Assembly (NCBI GenBank): GCA_020444065.1
Contig: JAHLLQ010000003.1
Span: forward strand, 132,979-196,978
Length of the DNA stretch: 64,000 bases
Source of the DNA: a bacterium
GTDB taxonomy: Bacteria; Sumerlaeota; Sumerlaeia; SLMS01; JAHLLQ01
Direction: 5' to 3'
Positions 30,909 through 40,081 of this stretch are shown piece by piece (within the stretch, counting starts at the first letter, position 1; every line of letters begins with the position of its first letter). Position numbers and translations under genes: made by a program. A model generated the notes under the pieces. That model did not search any database. It was not told the origin of the DNA and was given only the letters and a program-made list of their open reading frames with translations.

Positions 30909-31820
30909 ATGGTCTTCCTTCTCCTCGCCATTGTCTGCACCTCGTCGATCGCGCTGATCTTCAAGCATAGCGAAACGTCGAACATGAACCGCTACGCGCT
31001 GACTGCGACGAACTACGCGACGGCGGTTCTGGTGTGTGCAGCGATTCTGCTGCTGAAGGGACTTAACACCGGCCCGCTGGATGTCTCAGGAGCCTTCGCA
31101 GAAATTCGTAGTGCCATCTCGTCGGGAGAGACGCTCTCTCGCTCCGGCAGCTTCGTTTGGGCAACAACCGCGGGACTGTGTGCGGGCCTCGTGTTTTTTC
31201 TGGCGCTTGTGTACTATCAGATCAGCGTCCGTCACCACGGCGCGGGACTGGCCGGCTCGTTCATCAAGCTCGGCACCTTCGTTCCCATGATACTCTCGCT
31301 GCTGTTCTGGCGCGAGAATCCATCAACTCTGCAATGGCTCGGCATCGCGCTGGCGCTGGGATCGATTCTGCTCGTCAACTGGCCAGGACGCGACGGCGGA
31401 TGGCGCCGCGCACTGAAGCCCGCGCTGCTGCTACTGTTTCTCTTTGGCGGCGCGGCGGAATTCTCGAACAAGGTTTTCCAGAAGTACGGTCTCCAGGATC
31501 ACAAGGCCGTCTTTCTCGGCTGCACGTTCTTTGTTGCGTTCCTGTTTGCGCTGGGTGTTACGCTTGTCCGCCGCAAGCCGGTGCAGCGGCGCGATGTGCT
31601 GACCGGCATTGCGGTGGGAATTCCAAACCTCTTCTCGTCCTTCTTCCTGATCATCGCGCTGGACACAATCCCCGCGGCCGTTGCGTTTCCCGCCTTCGGC
31701 GCAGGCAGCATCGTGATCATCGCCCTCGTCGGCACAGCGTTCTTTGGCGAACGCCTCAAAGCCCGCGAACTTGCCGCGATCGCCCTGACCATCCTCGCGC
31801 TGGTTGTGATTAACCTCTAG
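30909..31820 (+). CDS. DMT/EamA-type membrane transporter.
   Basis: About 10 TM helices in two internally repeated halves. Start at 'MVFLLLAIV'. Confidence 0.6.
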   Translation: MVFLLLAIVCTSSIALIFKHSETSNMNRYALTATNYATAVLVCAAILLLKGLNTGPLDVSGAFAEIRSAISSGETLSRSGSFVWATTAGLCAGLVFFLALVYYQISVRHHGAGLAGSFIKLGTFVPMILSLLFWRENPSTLQWLGIALALGSILLVNWPGRDGGWRRALKPALLLLFLFGGAAEFSNKVFQKYGLQDHKAVFLGCTFFVAFLFALGVTLVRRKPVQRRDVLTGIAVGIPNLFSSFFLIIALDTIPAAVAFPAFGAGSIVIIALVGTAFFGERLKARELAAIALTILALVVINL

Positions 31821-31903
31821 GGTTACCCGCTACAGAGGTGACTCGGGCATCTCTGCCCGAGCACCACACGCGTTAGCCATTCAGCCATACGTTCCAGTCG
31901 CCA

Positions 31904-32926
31904 TCACGCGCCCCCGTACGATCGCCCAACAGCCTCCGCCACCGGGCGAATGCGCTCGACGAGTTCCAGGAACGCGTTCGGCTTCAGCGACTGTTGCCCG
32001 TCGCTCAGCGCCTCCGCGGGCTTCGGGTGAATTTCCACCATCAGCCCGTCCGCGCCGCATGCAACAGCCGCCAATGCCATCGGCAATACCATGTGAACTT
32101 CGCCGGTGCCATGCGAGGGATCGACGATTACCGGCAGGTGTGTCTCGCGCTTCAGCACCGGCACGGCATTCAGGTCCAGCGTGTTGCGGTATGCCGTTTC
32201 GAACGTGCGAATGCCACGCTCGCACAACATCACGTTGTAGTTCCCCTGGTCGAGCAAGTACTCTGCCGCCTGCAGGTACTCCTTCAGCGTCGTCGACATG
32301 CCGCGCTTGAAGAGCACCGGCTTCTTCGTTTCGCCCACCGCGGACAGCAACGCGAAGTTCTGGCAGTTGCGCGCGCCGATTTGCAGTACATCGGCATACT
32401 CCACCAGCAGCGGGATGTCCGTCACGCTGACGACTTCCGTCACGATCCGCAGACCGGTGCGCTCGCGCGCCTCGGCCAGAAGCTCGAGCCCTTCCTCGCG
32501 GAGCCCCTGGAACGCATAGGGACTGGTGCGCGGTTTGAACGCGCCGCCGCGCAGGAACTGAGCCCCACCGGCCTTCACCGCATCGGCGGACTCCAGAATC
32601 TGCTCGCGGCTCTCGACGCTGCACGGCCCCGCCATCATAACCAGATCGCGCCCGCCGACCTCGACGCCGGCGATATCGAACACCGTCGCCTCGCGCTTGA
32701 ACTCGCGCGAGACCAGTTTGTAGGGCTTCAGAATTGGAATCACCGACTCCACGCACTCGAGCATCTCGAGCGCCTGAAGCGGAGTCTTGTCCTCGTGCCC
32801 GACGGCGCCGATCACCGTCCGTTCCACGCCGACGATTGGGTGCGGGCGATAGCCGAGATCCGTCACCCGATTCTCCACCATCTGAATGTCCTCCTCGCTG
32901 GTTCCGGCCTTTAGTACGATAATCAT
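31904..32926 (-). CDS. aroF: 3-deoxy-7-phosphoheptulonate (DAHP) synthase, type I-beta, with an N-terminal ferredoxin-like regulatory domain.
   Basis: '[16 protein letters not shown]', '[12 protein letters not shown]', 'IVDPSHGTG' — the DAHPS/KDO8PS family core. Start 'MIIVLKAG' at 32926. Confidence 0.8.
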   Translation of the reverse strand: MIIVLKAGTSEEDIQMVENRVTDLGYRPHPIVGVERTVIGAVGHEDKTPLQALEMLECVESVIPILKPYKLVSREFKREATVFDIAGVEVGGRDLVMMAGPCSVESREQILESADAVKAGGAQFLRGGAFKPRTSPYAFQGLREEGLELLAEARERTGLRIVTEVVSVTDIPLLVEYADVLQIGARNCQNFALLSAVGETKKPVLFKRGMSTTLKEYLQAAEYLLDQGNYNVMLCERGIRTFETAYRNTLDLNAVPVLKRETHLPVIVDPSHGTGEVHMVLPMALAAVACGADGLMVEIHPKPAEALSDGQQSLKPNAFLELVERIRPVAEAVGRSYGGA

Positions 32927-33395
32927 GATGCGCTCCTGGTTTTCTTGACGGTTTCCCGCAAAATGAACGGCCCCGGACGTTGAACGCCGGGGCCGGGTTT
33001 TTTCTGTCTGCGAAGCAGAGCCTAACCGCGTCCGGCGTTTCCTCTCGGAAACCGAAACCAAAACCCGTAATAAAAGCCGAACGCCGCGCTCGAACCCGAG
33101 CCCGCGTCCAACGAATCTTGATTCCATCCAGCCGGTAGCATAATCTCTGCCCTCTTCGGAAGTCTCCGAAGCTCGACCCAAATCGAACGCCCTCCCCGCC
33201 CCGATGTCAAGCCACGCGATGCGGAGGAAGAGTCATAGCAGGGGGGGGAGCGGCAGTACCTATAGCAGCAGTGTGGGACACAAGGGCGCCGGGATGCGGA
33301 GGCAGCGGGGGAAAATGCCTTGCGTACAGGCCCTCAAGAAAGAGAGCGATGCGTGCAGTGCAAAGACCATCTGAACAGAAGCTAGCTCAGGGAAT

Positions 33396-34244
33396 ATGAC
33401 GACCACACTCTATACGTGCCTGGTAGAAGAGCAGAATGCCACAGAGGCATTTGTTCAGGTCTATTGGGCCCGCGCGCCTCACCTTGGCGCAGCAATCGAG
33501 ATGATGCTGGCTTCGGCAAAGGCCAACGGTCTTCTGTCGCCGATCGCGCAAGAGTGCGATCCTTACGACATCGACAATCTTGGCTGCGAAGTAGCGCCCA
33601 GTAAGGACGCAGATGTCTTCTGGTCATTGAGCAGATTCTCCTTCCCACACGAATCGTCATTTGAACTCCCCACGGGCATCATCGCCTCATGTACCGAAGG
33701 GGAGAGCGCTATTGATGATCTTACGCCTTGTTTCTCCATTGAGAGAGACGCGAAAGGTCTGATTGCAATAGAAGCGAATGTCGAGCAATCACGTCTAGCC
33801 TCAGACTACTCCGTAATGCTTCGACTGTTTCCAAAATACGAGGTCTTCTGGTACGTTCTTCATGATCACTGGGAGAATCAGGAAGAAGACAAATTCCTCG
33901 TGAACGAAGAATTGAATGCGCCCGAACGCATTCTTGCGCACATCGATGAAAACAAGGCGGACTCAATCCTGAATGGATTCGTTACTTTGACCGCCTATCT
34001 CAAAGATGGTGCAACAAACCTGACGTTATCCGACCATAAACGCATCATGGTGACGACGTACTCGCCGGAAGTTGCAGAGCAATGCCTGACGTTCCTAAAG
34101 GGGGCCGGATACCCGCATGTTGAGTCCCCTGCGAGGATTGACCGGGGGATCTACCACTGGCACTACCGCCTTTCGGCAAGCAGGTCGAAGAGAGAACTGG
34201 AGGAAATGCTGAAAGAGTCGGGATTCTCTGATTGGAAACCGTAA
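33396..34244 (+). CDS. Hypothetical protein.
   Basis: 282-aa ORF with plausible composition. No family recognised. Confidence 0.4.
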   Translation: MTTTLYTCLVEEQNATEAFVQVYWARAPHLGAAIEMMLASAKANGLLSPIAQECDPYDIDNLGCEVAPSKDADVFWSLSRFSFPHESSFELPTGIIASCTEGESAIDDLTPCFSIERDAKGLIAIEANVEQSRLASDYSVMLRLFPKYEVFWYVLHDHWENQEEDKFLVNEELNAPERILAHIDENKADSILNGFVTLTAYLKDGATNLTLSDHKRIMVTTYSPEVAEQCLTFLKGAGYPHVESPARIDRGIYHWHYRLSASRSKRELEEMLKESGFSDWKP

Positions 34245-34575
34245 GAGGCAAGCTGACCAACCGACCGAGAGCCCCTGTGTGCAGTCCGCGAAACCCTTAG
34301 TTGGACGGCTGGGCTGGCGATCGGGATGTGATTTGATGTCCTTCGGACTGCACATCTACGAGTCGCTCGCACCCGGCGGCCGGCTCGACAGCATCATCCT
34401 CGCTCGAGCAGCGGACTTGACCAGGTTCTTCTGTCGCCGGTGCCACTCCCTGACCCCGCGCTACTTTGCGATGACGTCAGATAAGCGTGACGTGGATGTG
34501 ACGCCAGGGAGTTGCATAAAATAGACTTTTCTCAATCAAGCATGACCCCCCATCCTGCGCCCTTCCCCTTCATCC

Positions 34576-37500
34576 CTACTGAAAGACCCACGCATTCCCT
34601 GGCTTCACAGATAGCAGTTTCACCTGGTCCACCCAACCCGCGTCCGAGCCTTGCGACACAGACGAGTCCTTCTTGTACGACCACACGACCTGGTGATCTC
34701 CGGCATCGATCGGGAGACTGTACAGCGCCCAGTTCGTCTCGCCGGTGATGCGAGTTACCTCGCTTCCGTCCAGATACAAAGCGAGGTAATCCGACGTGGG
34801 CTGACACGAGACCTTCCACTGAAACTCCAGCGTGTCGGGCCCCGTAATCGTCGTGAAGAATGCCGACGTCTGGCTGTGCGTGATGGGATAACTCTGCGCC
34901 GCGTCCGCACCGTCGTAGCTCACATCATACTCACCATACCACGGATTGCTGGAGATGACTTGGAAATCCAAGCGGTAGCAATCCAACGCATCCGCCAGCG
35001 AGACGACCGGCGTCGCTGTCGGAACCGGTGTGGGTGTCGGAACCGGGCCGGGCGTGAACACGATCTGGTCCAACCATCCTGCATCGTCATAGTCGCTGAA
35101 CATGCTGTTCTTCCCATAGGACCACTTCACTTCGTGCTGCCCCGGTTGGATGTTGGCGGACCCTTCGTGCCAGTCCACCACTCCGGAAATCTGATCCTGC
35201 AGCACATCGTCGACCAGGAAGGACAACCAATCTCCTCCCGCCTGACTCGACACGCTCCACTGGTATGTCAGCGTCCCGGGCCCATCGAGAATCGTTGAGA
35301 CGAAGCTCGTCTGCCCATCGTAAACGTCACCAGATTGCGCCGCGTCCTCACCGTCCTGGGTGATCAATGTTTGCCCATACCAGGGATTGGAACCACCCGA
35401 AGTCCAAGCCAATCCTGTCGTGTCCAGGACCTCGCCAAGTGACGGGTCCGGATCCACCGAAACGCGATCCACCCATCCCGCGTCCTCCCCGGCGGATCCC
35501 GATGCGTCCTTCCAGTAGTACCATCCCACGTCGTGCTGCCCCTCTACGAGATGGTAGTACCGCCTCTCCCAATCTACGTCTCCACTGATATGGAAACGGC
35601 CATACCCGTCTGCGAGGAACTCCAGTTCATCCTTATTCTCTTCCGATGAAACCTTCCAGTTAAACGAGACCATCGCCGGGCCGTGGATGCGACCCTGCAG
35701 GTATGAAAGACCATTATGCCCAATCGAGCCTGTCCGGGCAGAATCAAAACCGAATGCCGACGTATCCGTGATCCCCGTCCAGCCGATCGTGTCCGGCGTC
35801 TCCCACGAAACCGCCTGACAATCCAATGCCTCGTCCAGGTCAATCCCCGACGGCGTGAACTGAACATTGTCCACCCACGCCTGGTCTGTCCCCGAGAAGT
35901 AGAGCAGGTATCTCCACGTCACCTTGTGGAGACCGCTTGGAATCGCCAGCGCCTTGTCCACCCAGTCCGCCGTGTTGTCCGCGTAATCCTTGAAATCATC
36001 GTCCAGCAGGAGAGTCAGATCTCCGGCATTCCCGACTGTGGATTCCTTCCATCTGTAGGTCAGCGTTCCCGGTCCGTAGATCCATGTTTCGAGCAAGGCC
36101 GGCATGTCCACTCCAGAAGGAGTGGGAGCTTCCGCCGCATCGCCATCCACAGCGGAAATCCCCGTCTGACTCGTCCAGGCTCCTCCCTCGCCAGATGTTG
36201 TCCACGGCAGGAACGTGTTCTCCACCGCGTCCCCAAGGTCGTTCATCTGATACGTCACCTTGTCGACCCATCCCGCGTCCGCACCGGCCGTGCCTGAAGC
36301 ATCCTTTACATAATCCCACCGGCACGTATGGGTGCCCGAAGGAATCGTGATGGTCCGCTGCTGCCAGTCCGTCTCGCCGCTGATCGAAATGGGGAGGAGG
36401 ATGTCCATCCGGAAGCGGAGTTCGTCACTGGCATCGCAGGACGATTTCCACAGGAACGTCATCGTTCCTGGCCCCGTCACGGTGCAGGACATGCGCGACA
36501 TCTGAGAATCCGCCGTCGCGCCGCAACGGGCCGCGCTCCCACCATAGAACGAATCCTGACTCTGTCCGTACCACACGGGCGAAGTATCACTCGTCCACTC
36601 CAGCGCGGGGCAATCCAGCGCCTCGCCCAGCGACACCAACCCCAACTCCACGTGATCCACCCAGCCCCGGTCTTGCCCCGACGACACGGACGCGTTCTTC
36701 CGGTACTTCCATGTCAGCGTGTGCCCATTCTCGCCAAAAAGGAAACTGCGGCCTTCCCAATCCTGCTCGCCGCTGATCGCCTCCTGCTCCACACCATCGA
36801 TTTCAAAAGCCAGGAAATCTCCACCCTCTTCGGATGAAACCTTCCAGGCAAACTGCACGCTTCCCGGGCCGTCGACAATCGTGCTGAAAGACGTCGTTTC
36901 ACCATCGGCGATGGGAGCACTTCGCGCCGCATCGTTCCCGTAGTCGGCCGCCATCACAACACCCACCCATGGCGCCGCCGTCGTGTATTTCCACGTGACA
37001 TCGGTCTTATCCACCGCCTCGCCGATACTCAGCAGTCCCTCCGACGTGATAGCGTACGTCGCCTGGAACGTCGACGGGAGTGTAAATACTCGCGTGATTC
37101 GGTAGATATTCAGGAGCCCAACACCCGAAACCGATCCGGAATACGCCCGACTGTTCGGTGTCGAGAGCGAAGAGAAATAGCGCGACGAAGTGTAGTAGTC
37201 GTCTTCGTCGACACCACCGCCGGCCACGATCTCTTCCAACCCATCCGCTTCCATCAGTCGGATCAGCTTGCGGGATGTGTAGCTGTTATCGAACAGGAAA
37301 CCGTCGCCCGTCCCATTCAACTCGGCGTCAAGATGCCAGACCACGAGACCATCGTTGGGATACGTGAAGTCGTTCGTATCCTCCGTCCGCCGCGACCGGT
37401 TCTGGATCAGAAAATACTCCGTAAACGGACTGGCACCTGACGCCCCGGGCATGATCATGATGGCATCGGGATACTCCGACGAGGGACGCAACGATTTCGA

Positions 37501-38538
37501 AATTATGCTCTCCGAAGTCGAAATGACCGTCGGCGTCAGCCAGCCCAACATCCATTTGCTGAACGCGTTGTGGTCCCCCCAGTTCGCGTCCATCATATCC
37601 AGACCGCCGACACCCCCCACCGGTCCGACACTCTCATCGTAGTCGTAGAGATCCGGCAGCCCCAGAGCGTGTCCTGTTTCATGGATCACCACCTCCGCCT
37701 GGAACTCCGACCCCAGCGGACGCCCTTCCCATTGCCAGGAGAAAACGCCGAGCTTCTTCCCATCCACCGTGAACGAATCGCCGGCGAATTCCGAAGCGCT
37801 CATATCGCACCAGGCCCACCAAAGGTTCCCCCACCCGTCGTCGGGCCCGGTCCAGCAGACCATGAAGTAATCGATCGTCCCGTTTCCGTCGTTGTCGTAG
37901 ACGGAGAAGTCGTGCGTTGGGTCCCAGTGCTGCAGGGCCTCCTTGATCAGGACCCCGGGGCCGTACCAGGTGCGGGGGTGAGCCGCCTGGTACCAGGGAA
38001 GCACATCCCCCTGGATATTCAGCGCACCGTACGACGATCGCTTGTAATATTCCGTCAGACTCTCGAGGGGTTTCTCGTCCGCCTCGCCGGTCCCGAAGAG
38101 TTTGTGCTCGATCACCGAAACATCGTTATGCGCGGGGTACTCGGGGAACTCGATGGGGAGAACGAAAATGCGAGGCGATCCGCTGGCGGGCAGCCCGGTG
38201 GGATAGGGAAGTTGACTGCGCGGCACTTCCTCCCCCCGGGCGGCAGCCTGAAGGACCTCGGCATGACGACGCGCCAGGGCTGGATCGACAAGATGGTTCC
38301 CGAGCGATCGGGCGAACTCCATGCGCACTGCCAGGCTCCCATCCGCAGCATAGCCCTGCAATTCTCCCGGATCCGGGGGCTCCATGGCGGCAAGGTGCCC
38401 TGCGGCCACAAACAGCAAAACAACCAGGAAGGGCCGCGCGATCTGCCAGACGCCGCGGCTCCCAAACCACGCGTTATTTTCAATCTGAGGTGTCGCGGGG
38501 TAGTTCGCAGAATGATGCCTTGCCGTAAGGGACGGCAT
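34576..38538 (-). CDS. Giant secreted M6-family (immune inhibitor A-like) zinc metalloprotease with about 10 C-terminal beta-domain repeats.
   Basis: 'VVIHETGHALGLPDLYD' HExxH plus the downstream D. Signal/TM segment. Recurring '...DAGWVD.V' repeat modules. Confidence 0.7.
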   Translation of the reverse strand: MPSLTARHHSANYPATPQIENNAWFGSRGVWQIARPFLVVLLFVAAGHLAAMEPPDPGELQGYAADGSLAVRMEFARSLGNHLVDPALARRHAEVLQAAARGEEVPRSQLPYPTGLPASGSPRIFVLPIEFPEYPAHNDVSVIEHKLFGTGEADEKPLESLTEYYKRSSYGALNIQGDVLPWYQAAHPRTWYGPGVLIKEALQHWDPTHDFSVYDNDGNGTIDYFMVCWTGPDDGWGNLWWAWCDMSASEFAGDSFTVDGKKLGVFSWQWEGRPLGSEFQAEVVIHETGHALGLPDLYDYDESVGPVGGVGGLDMMDANWGDHNAFSKWMLGWLTPTVISTSESIISKSLRPSSEYPDAIMIMPGASGASPFTEYFLIQNRSRRTEDTNDFTYPNDGLVVWHLDAELNGTGDGFLFDNSYTSRKLIRLMEADGLEEIVAGGGVDEDDYYTSSRYFSSLSTPNSRAYSGSVSGVGLLNIYRITRVFTLPSTFQATYAITSEGLLSIGEAVDKTDVTWKYTTAAPWVGVVMAADYGNDAARSAPIADGETTSFSTIVDGPGSVQFAWKVSSEEGGDFLAFEIDGVEQEAISGEQDWEGRSFLFGENGHTLTWKYRKNASVSSGQDRGWVDHVELGLVSLGEALDCPALEWTSDTSPVWYGQSQDSFYGGSAARCGATADSQMSRMSCTVTGPGTMTFLWKSSCDASDELRFRMDILLPISISGETDWQQRTITIPSGTHTCRWDYVKDASGTAGADAGWVDKVTYQMNDLGDAVENTFLPWTTSGEGGAWTSQTGISAVDGDAAEAPTPSGVDMPALLETWIYGPGTLTYRWKESTVGNAGDLTLLLDDDFKDYADNTADWVDKALAIPSGLHKVTWRYLLYFSGTDQAWVDNVQFTPSGIDLDEALDCQAVSWETPDTIGWTGITDTSAFGFDSARTGSIGHNGLSYLQGRIHGPAMVSFNWKVSSEENKDELEFLADGYGRFHISGDVDWERRYYHLVEGQHDVGWYYWKDASGSAGEDAGWVDRVSVDPDPSLGEVLDTTGLAWTSGGSNPWYGQTLITQDGEDAAQSGDVYDGQTSFVSTILDGPGTLTYQWSVSSQAGGDWLSFLVDDVLQDQISGVVDWHEGSANIQPGQHEVKWSYGKNSMFSDYDDAGWLDQIVFTPGPVPTPTPVPTATPVVSLADALDCYRLDFQVISSNPWYGEYDVSYDGADAAQSYPITHSQTSAFFTTITGPDTLEFQWKVSCQPTSDYLALYLDGSEVTRITGETNWALYSLPIDAGDHQVVWSYKKDSSVSQGSDAGWVDQVKLLSVKPGNAWVFQ

Positions 38539-38833
38539 ACTGATCTCCCTCTGGAGGGACGTGTGATCTCGAAAGCGGGTCACGTCTTGGGGTGGATACT
38601 AGACGGCCGTTGGGGCGCCGTCAAAGCCAGAGGAAGGCTGGGGCGCATCCTGAAGCTGTTGAACGGCAACGCACCGGTCAAAGCCCCCCAAAGAACTCAC
38701 TTCGCGCGTGGAGCAGAGTCCGGTGAGAGCATGATTTCAGAGAAGCGTGACACATATGTGACGCAAGAAGCCCCTCGGCTCGAAGGCCAAGGGGCGGTGC
38801 ATTCTATAAGTGCTTGTCTTTGAATGATTGATA

Positions 38834-38909
38834 TGGTGGAGCTGAGGGGAGTCGAACCCCTGACCTCTGCATTGCGAACGCAGCGCTCTACCAACTGAGC
38901 TACAGCCCC
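38834..38909 (-). tRNA. tRNA-Ala (anticodon CGC).
   Basis: Reverse complement gives GGGGCTGTAGCTCAGTTGGTAGAGCGCTGCGTTCGCAATGCAGAGGTCAGGGGTTCGACTCCCCTCAGCTCCACCA. It has a G3:U70 pair, anticodon loop TTCGCAA, a TPsiC arm and a CCA end. Confidence 0.85.
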
Positions 38910-39094
38910 ACACGCGCGGCAAAGGGTGGAGAGAACCCCGCCCCCTGTCAAGGCTATTCCGCCGGTTCTCAAGGGCCCATCGGGCCGCCCTATCTCGCCC
39001 TGGACCGATCGGCCAGCGAGTGGATTCGCGGGCCGGCGCCGCCATCGCGCGCGACGAAACTACCCCTTGCCAATCGGCCGGGGGCGGGCGCATG

Positions 39095-39240
39095 AAGAGG
39101 GCAACATAGGTTGCTGGTGCTCCTCGCGATCCGCGCGGGGGGCGGCAAGGGGAAGTCCGGTGAGAGTCCGGCGCAGGCCCGCTACGGTAATCGCGTCCGC
39201 AAGGAGCGCGAAAGCCCGATACCGCCAGTCATCCGACGAC
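39095..39240 (+). promoter_or_regulatory. Cobalamin (B12) riboswitch.
   Basis: 'GGTGCTCC...AAGGGGAAGTCCGGTGAGAGTCCGGCGCAGGCCCGCTACGGTAA...AAGCCCGATACCGCCAGTC' matches the cobalamin-riboswitch core and B12 box. A terminator-type expression platform follows. Confidence 0.75.
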
Positions 39241-39302
39241 GAAGTGCCCTACCCTCTCGAGGTCCGGAGCGGCAGGGGACGAGCCGGATTAGATTTTGCG
39301 CG

Positions 39303-39345
39303 CCCGTCCTCGGTCAGTCCGCCCGAGGGACGGGCGTTTCGTATT
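39303..39345 (+). terminator. Riboswitch expression-platform terminator.
   Basis: CCCGTCCTCGG-tcagtccgc-CCGAGGGACGGG followed by CGTTTCGTATT. Confidence 0.55.
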
Positions 39346-39394
39346 CCGTCCACGAGGAATTCCGAAGGCGAATTCCGCGGGAAAGCGCAAACTC

Positions 39395-40081
39395 ATGTTG
39401 TTCTCCGGCTCTCATTCGAGCGAAAAAGACCACAGTCCCCGAAGGGAACGGGCAGGCCGCGGTTTCACGTTGGTGGAACTGCTGATCGTTGTGGCGATTC
39501 TGGCCATTCTGGCGGCGATCGCCGTGCCGAATCTGCGCGAGGCAACCCGCCGCGCGCGGACGGCCGAGTGCGCCTCGAATCTGAAGACGATCGCGACGGC
39601 CCTGACGCTGTACCGCACGGATTGGAATCATCTGCCGCTGTCCGATGGCGTGGCGGGACTGGGCGATTCGCGCGGCCGCACGCAGTTCGGCAATGGGCCG
39701 GCGGCGAACGGCTACTGGAACGGCGTGCCGAATGTGCTGGTGGATGCCGGCTACATCGGCAAGCGCAAGACGCTGTTTTGCCCATCGCTGGCGCGCGAGT
39801 ATCGCAACCGGGCAGAGAATCTGCGCTACGCCTACAACACGGGCGCGGCAGATTCGAACGGGTTCATCGGCAGCGACGGAACGCCGGTCGACGGCGTGGG
39901 CGCGGGCGGGCGCACGTGGCTTTGCCGCTGCGTGCATTTGAACTCGCACGACTGGGCGCCGGACCGCTACATCCCGTTCCCCCATGGGCCGACCGCGAGC
40001 CCTGCAGACAATGAGTGGGGCAGCGAAAACGTGCTCTGGAGCGACTTCTCCGTCACCCTGGAGCCCGGGAGTTCGCCATGA
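39395..40081 (+). CDS. Prepilin-type N-terminal cleavage/methylation domain protein of the planctomycete DUF1559 ('H-X9-DG') class.
   Basis: 'GFTLVELLIVVAILAILAAIAVPNL' prepilin signature. C-terminal 'HGP...ENVLWSDFSV'. Confidence 0.7.
   Translation: MLFSGSHSSEKDHSPRRERAGRGFTLVELLIVVAILAILAAIAVPNLREATRRARTAECASNLKTIATALTLYRTDWNHLPLSDGVAGLGDSRGRTQFGNGPAANGYWNGVPNVLVDAGYIGKRKTLFCPSLAREYRNRAENLRYAYNTGAADSNGFIGSDGTPVDGVGAGGRTWLCRCVHLNSHDWAPDRYIPFPHGPTASPADNEWGSENVLWSDFSVTLEPGSSP

Noticed and set aside
38834-38909. tRNA-Ala as a possible integration site of a genomic island.
   Set aside because: No integrase, no direct repeat of the tRNA 3' end, and flanking genes (an M6 protease and the B12 operon) look chromosomal.
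38926-40014. 362-aa ORF spanning the tRNA flank, the riboswitch and the prepilin gene.
   Set aside because: It overlaps a confidently identified riboswitch and an in-frame real gene (39395-40081), and has Arg/Gly-rich composition.
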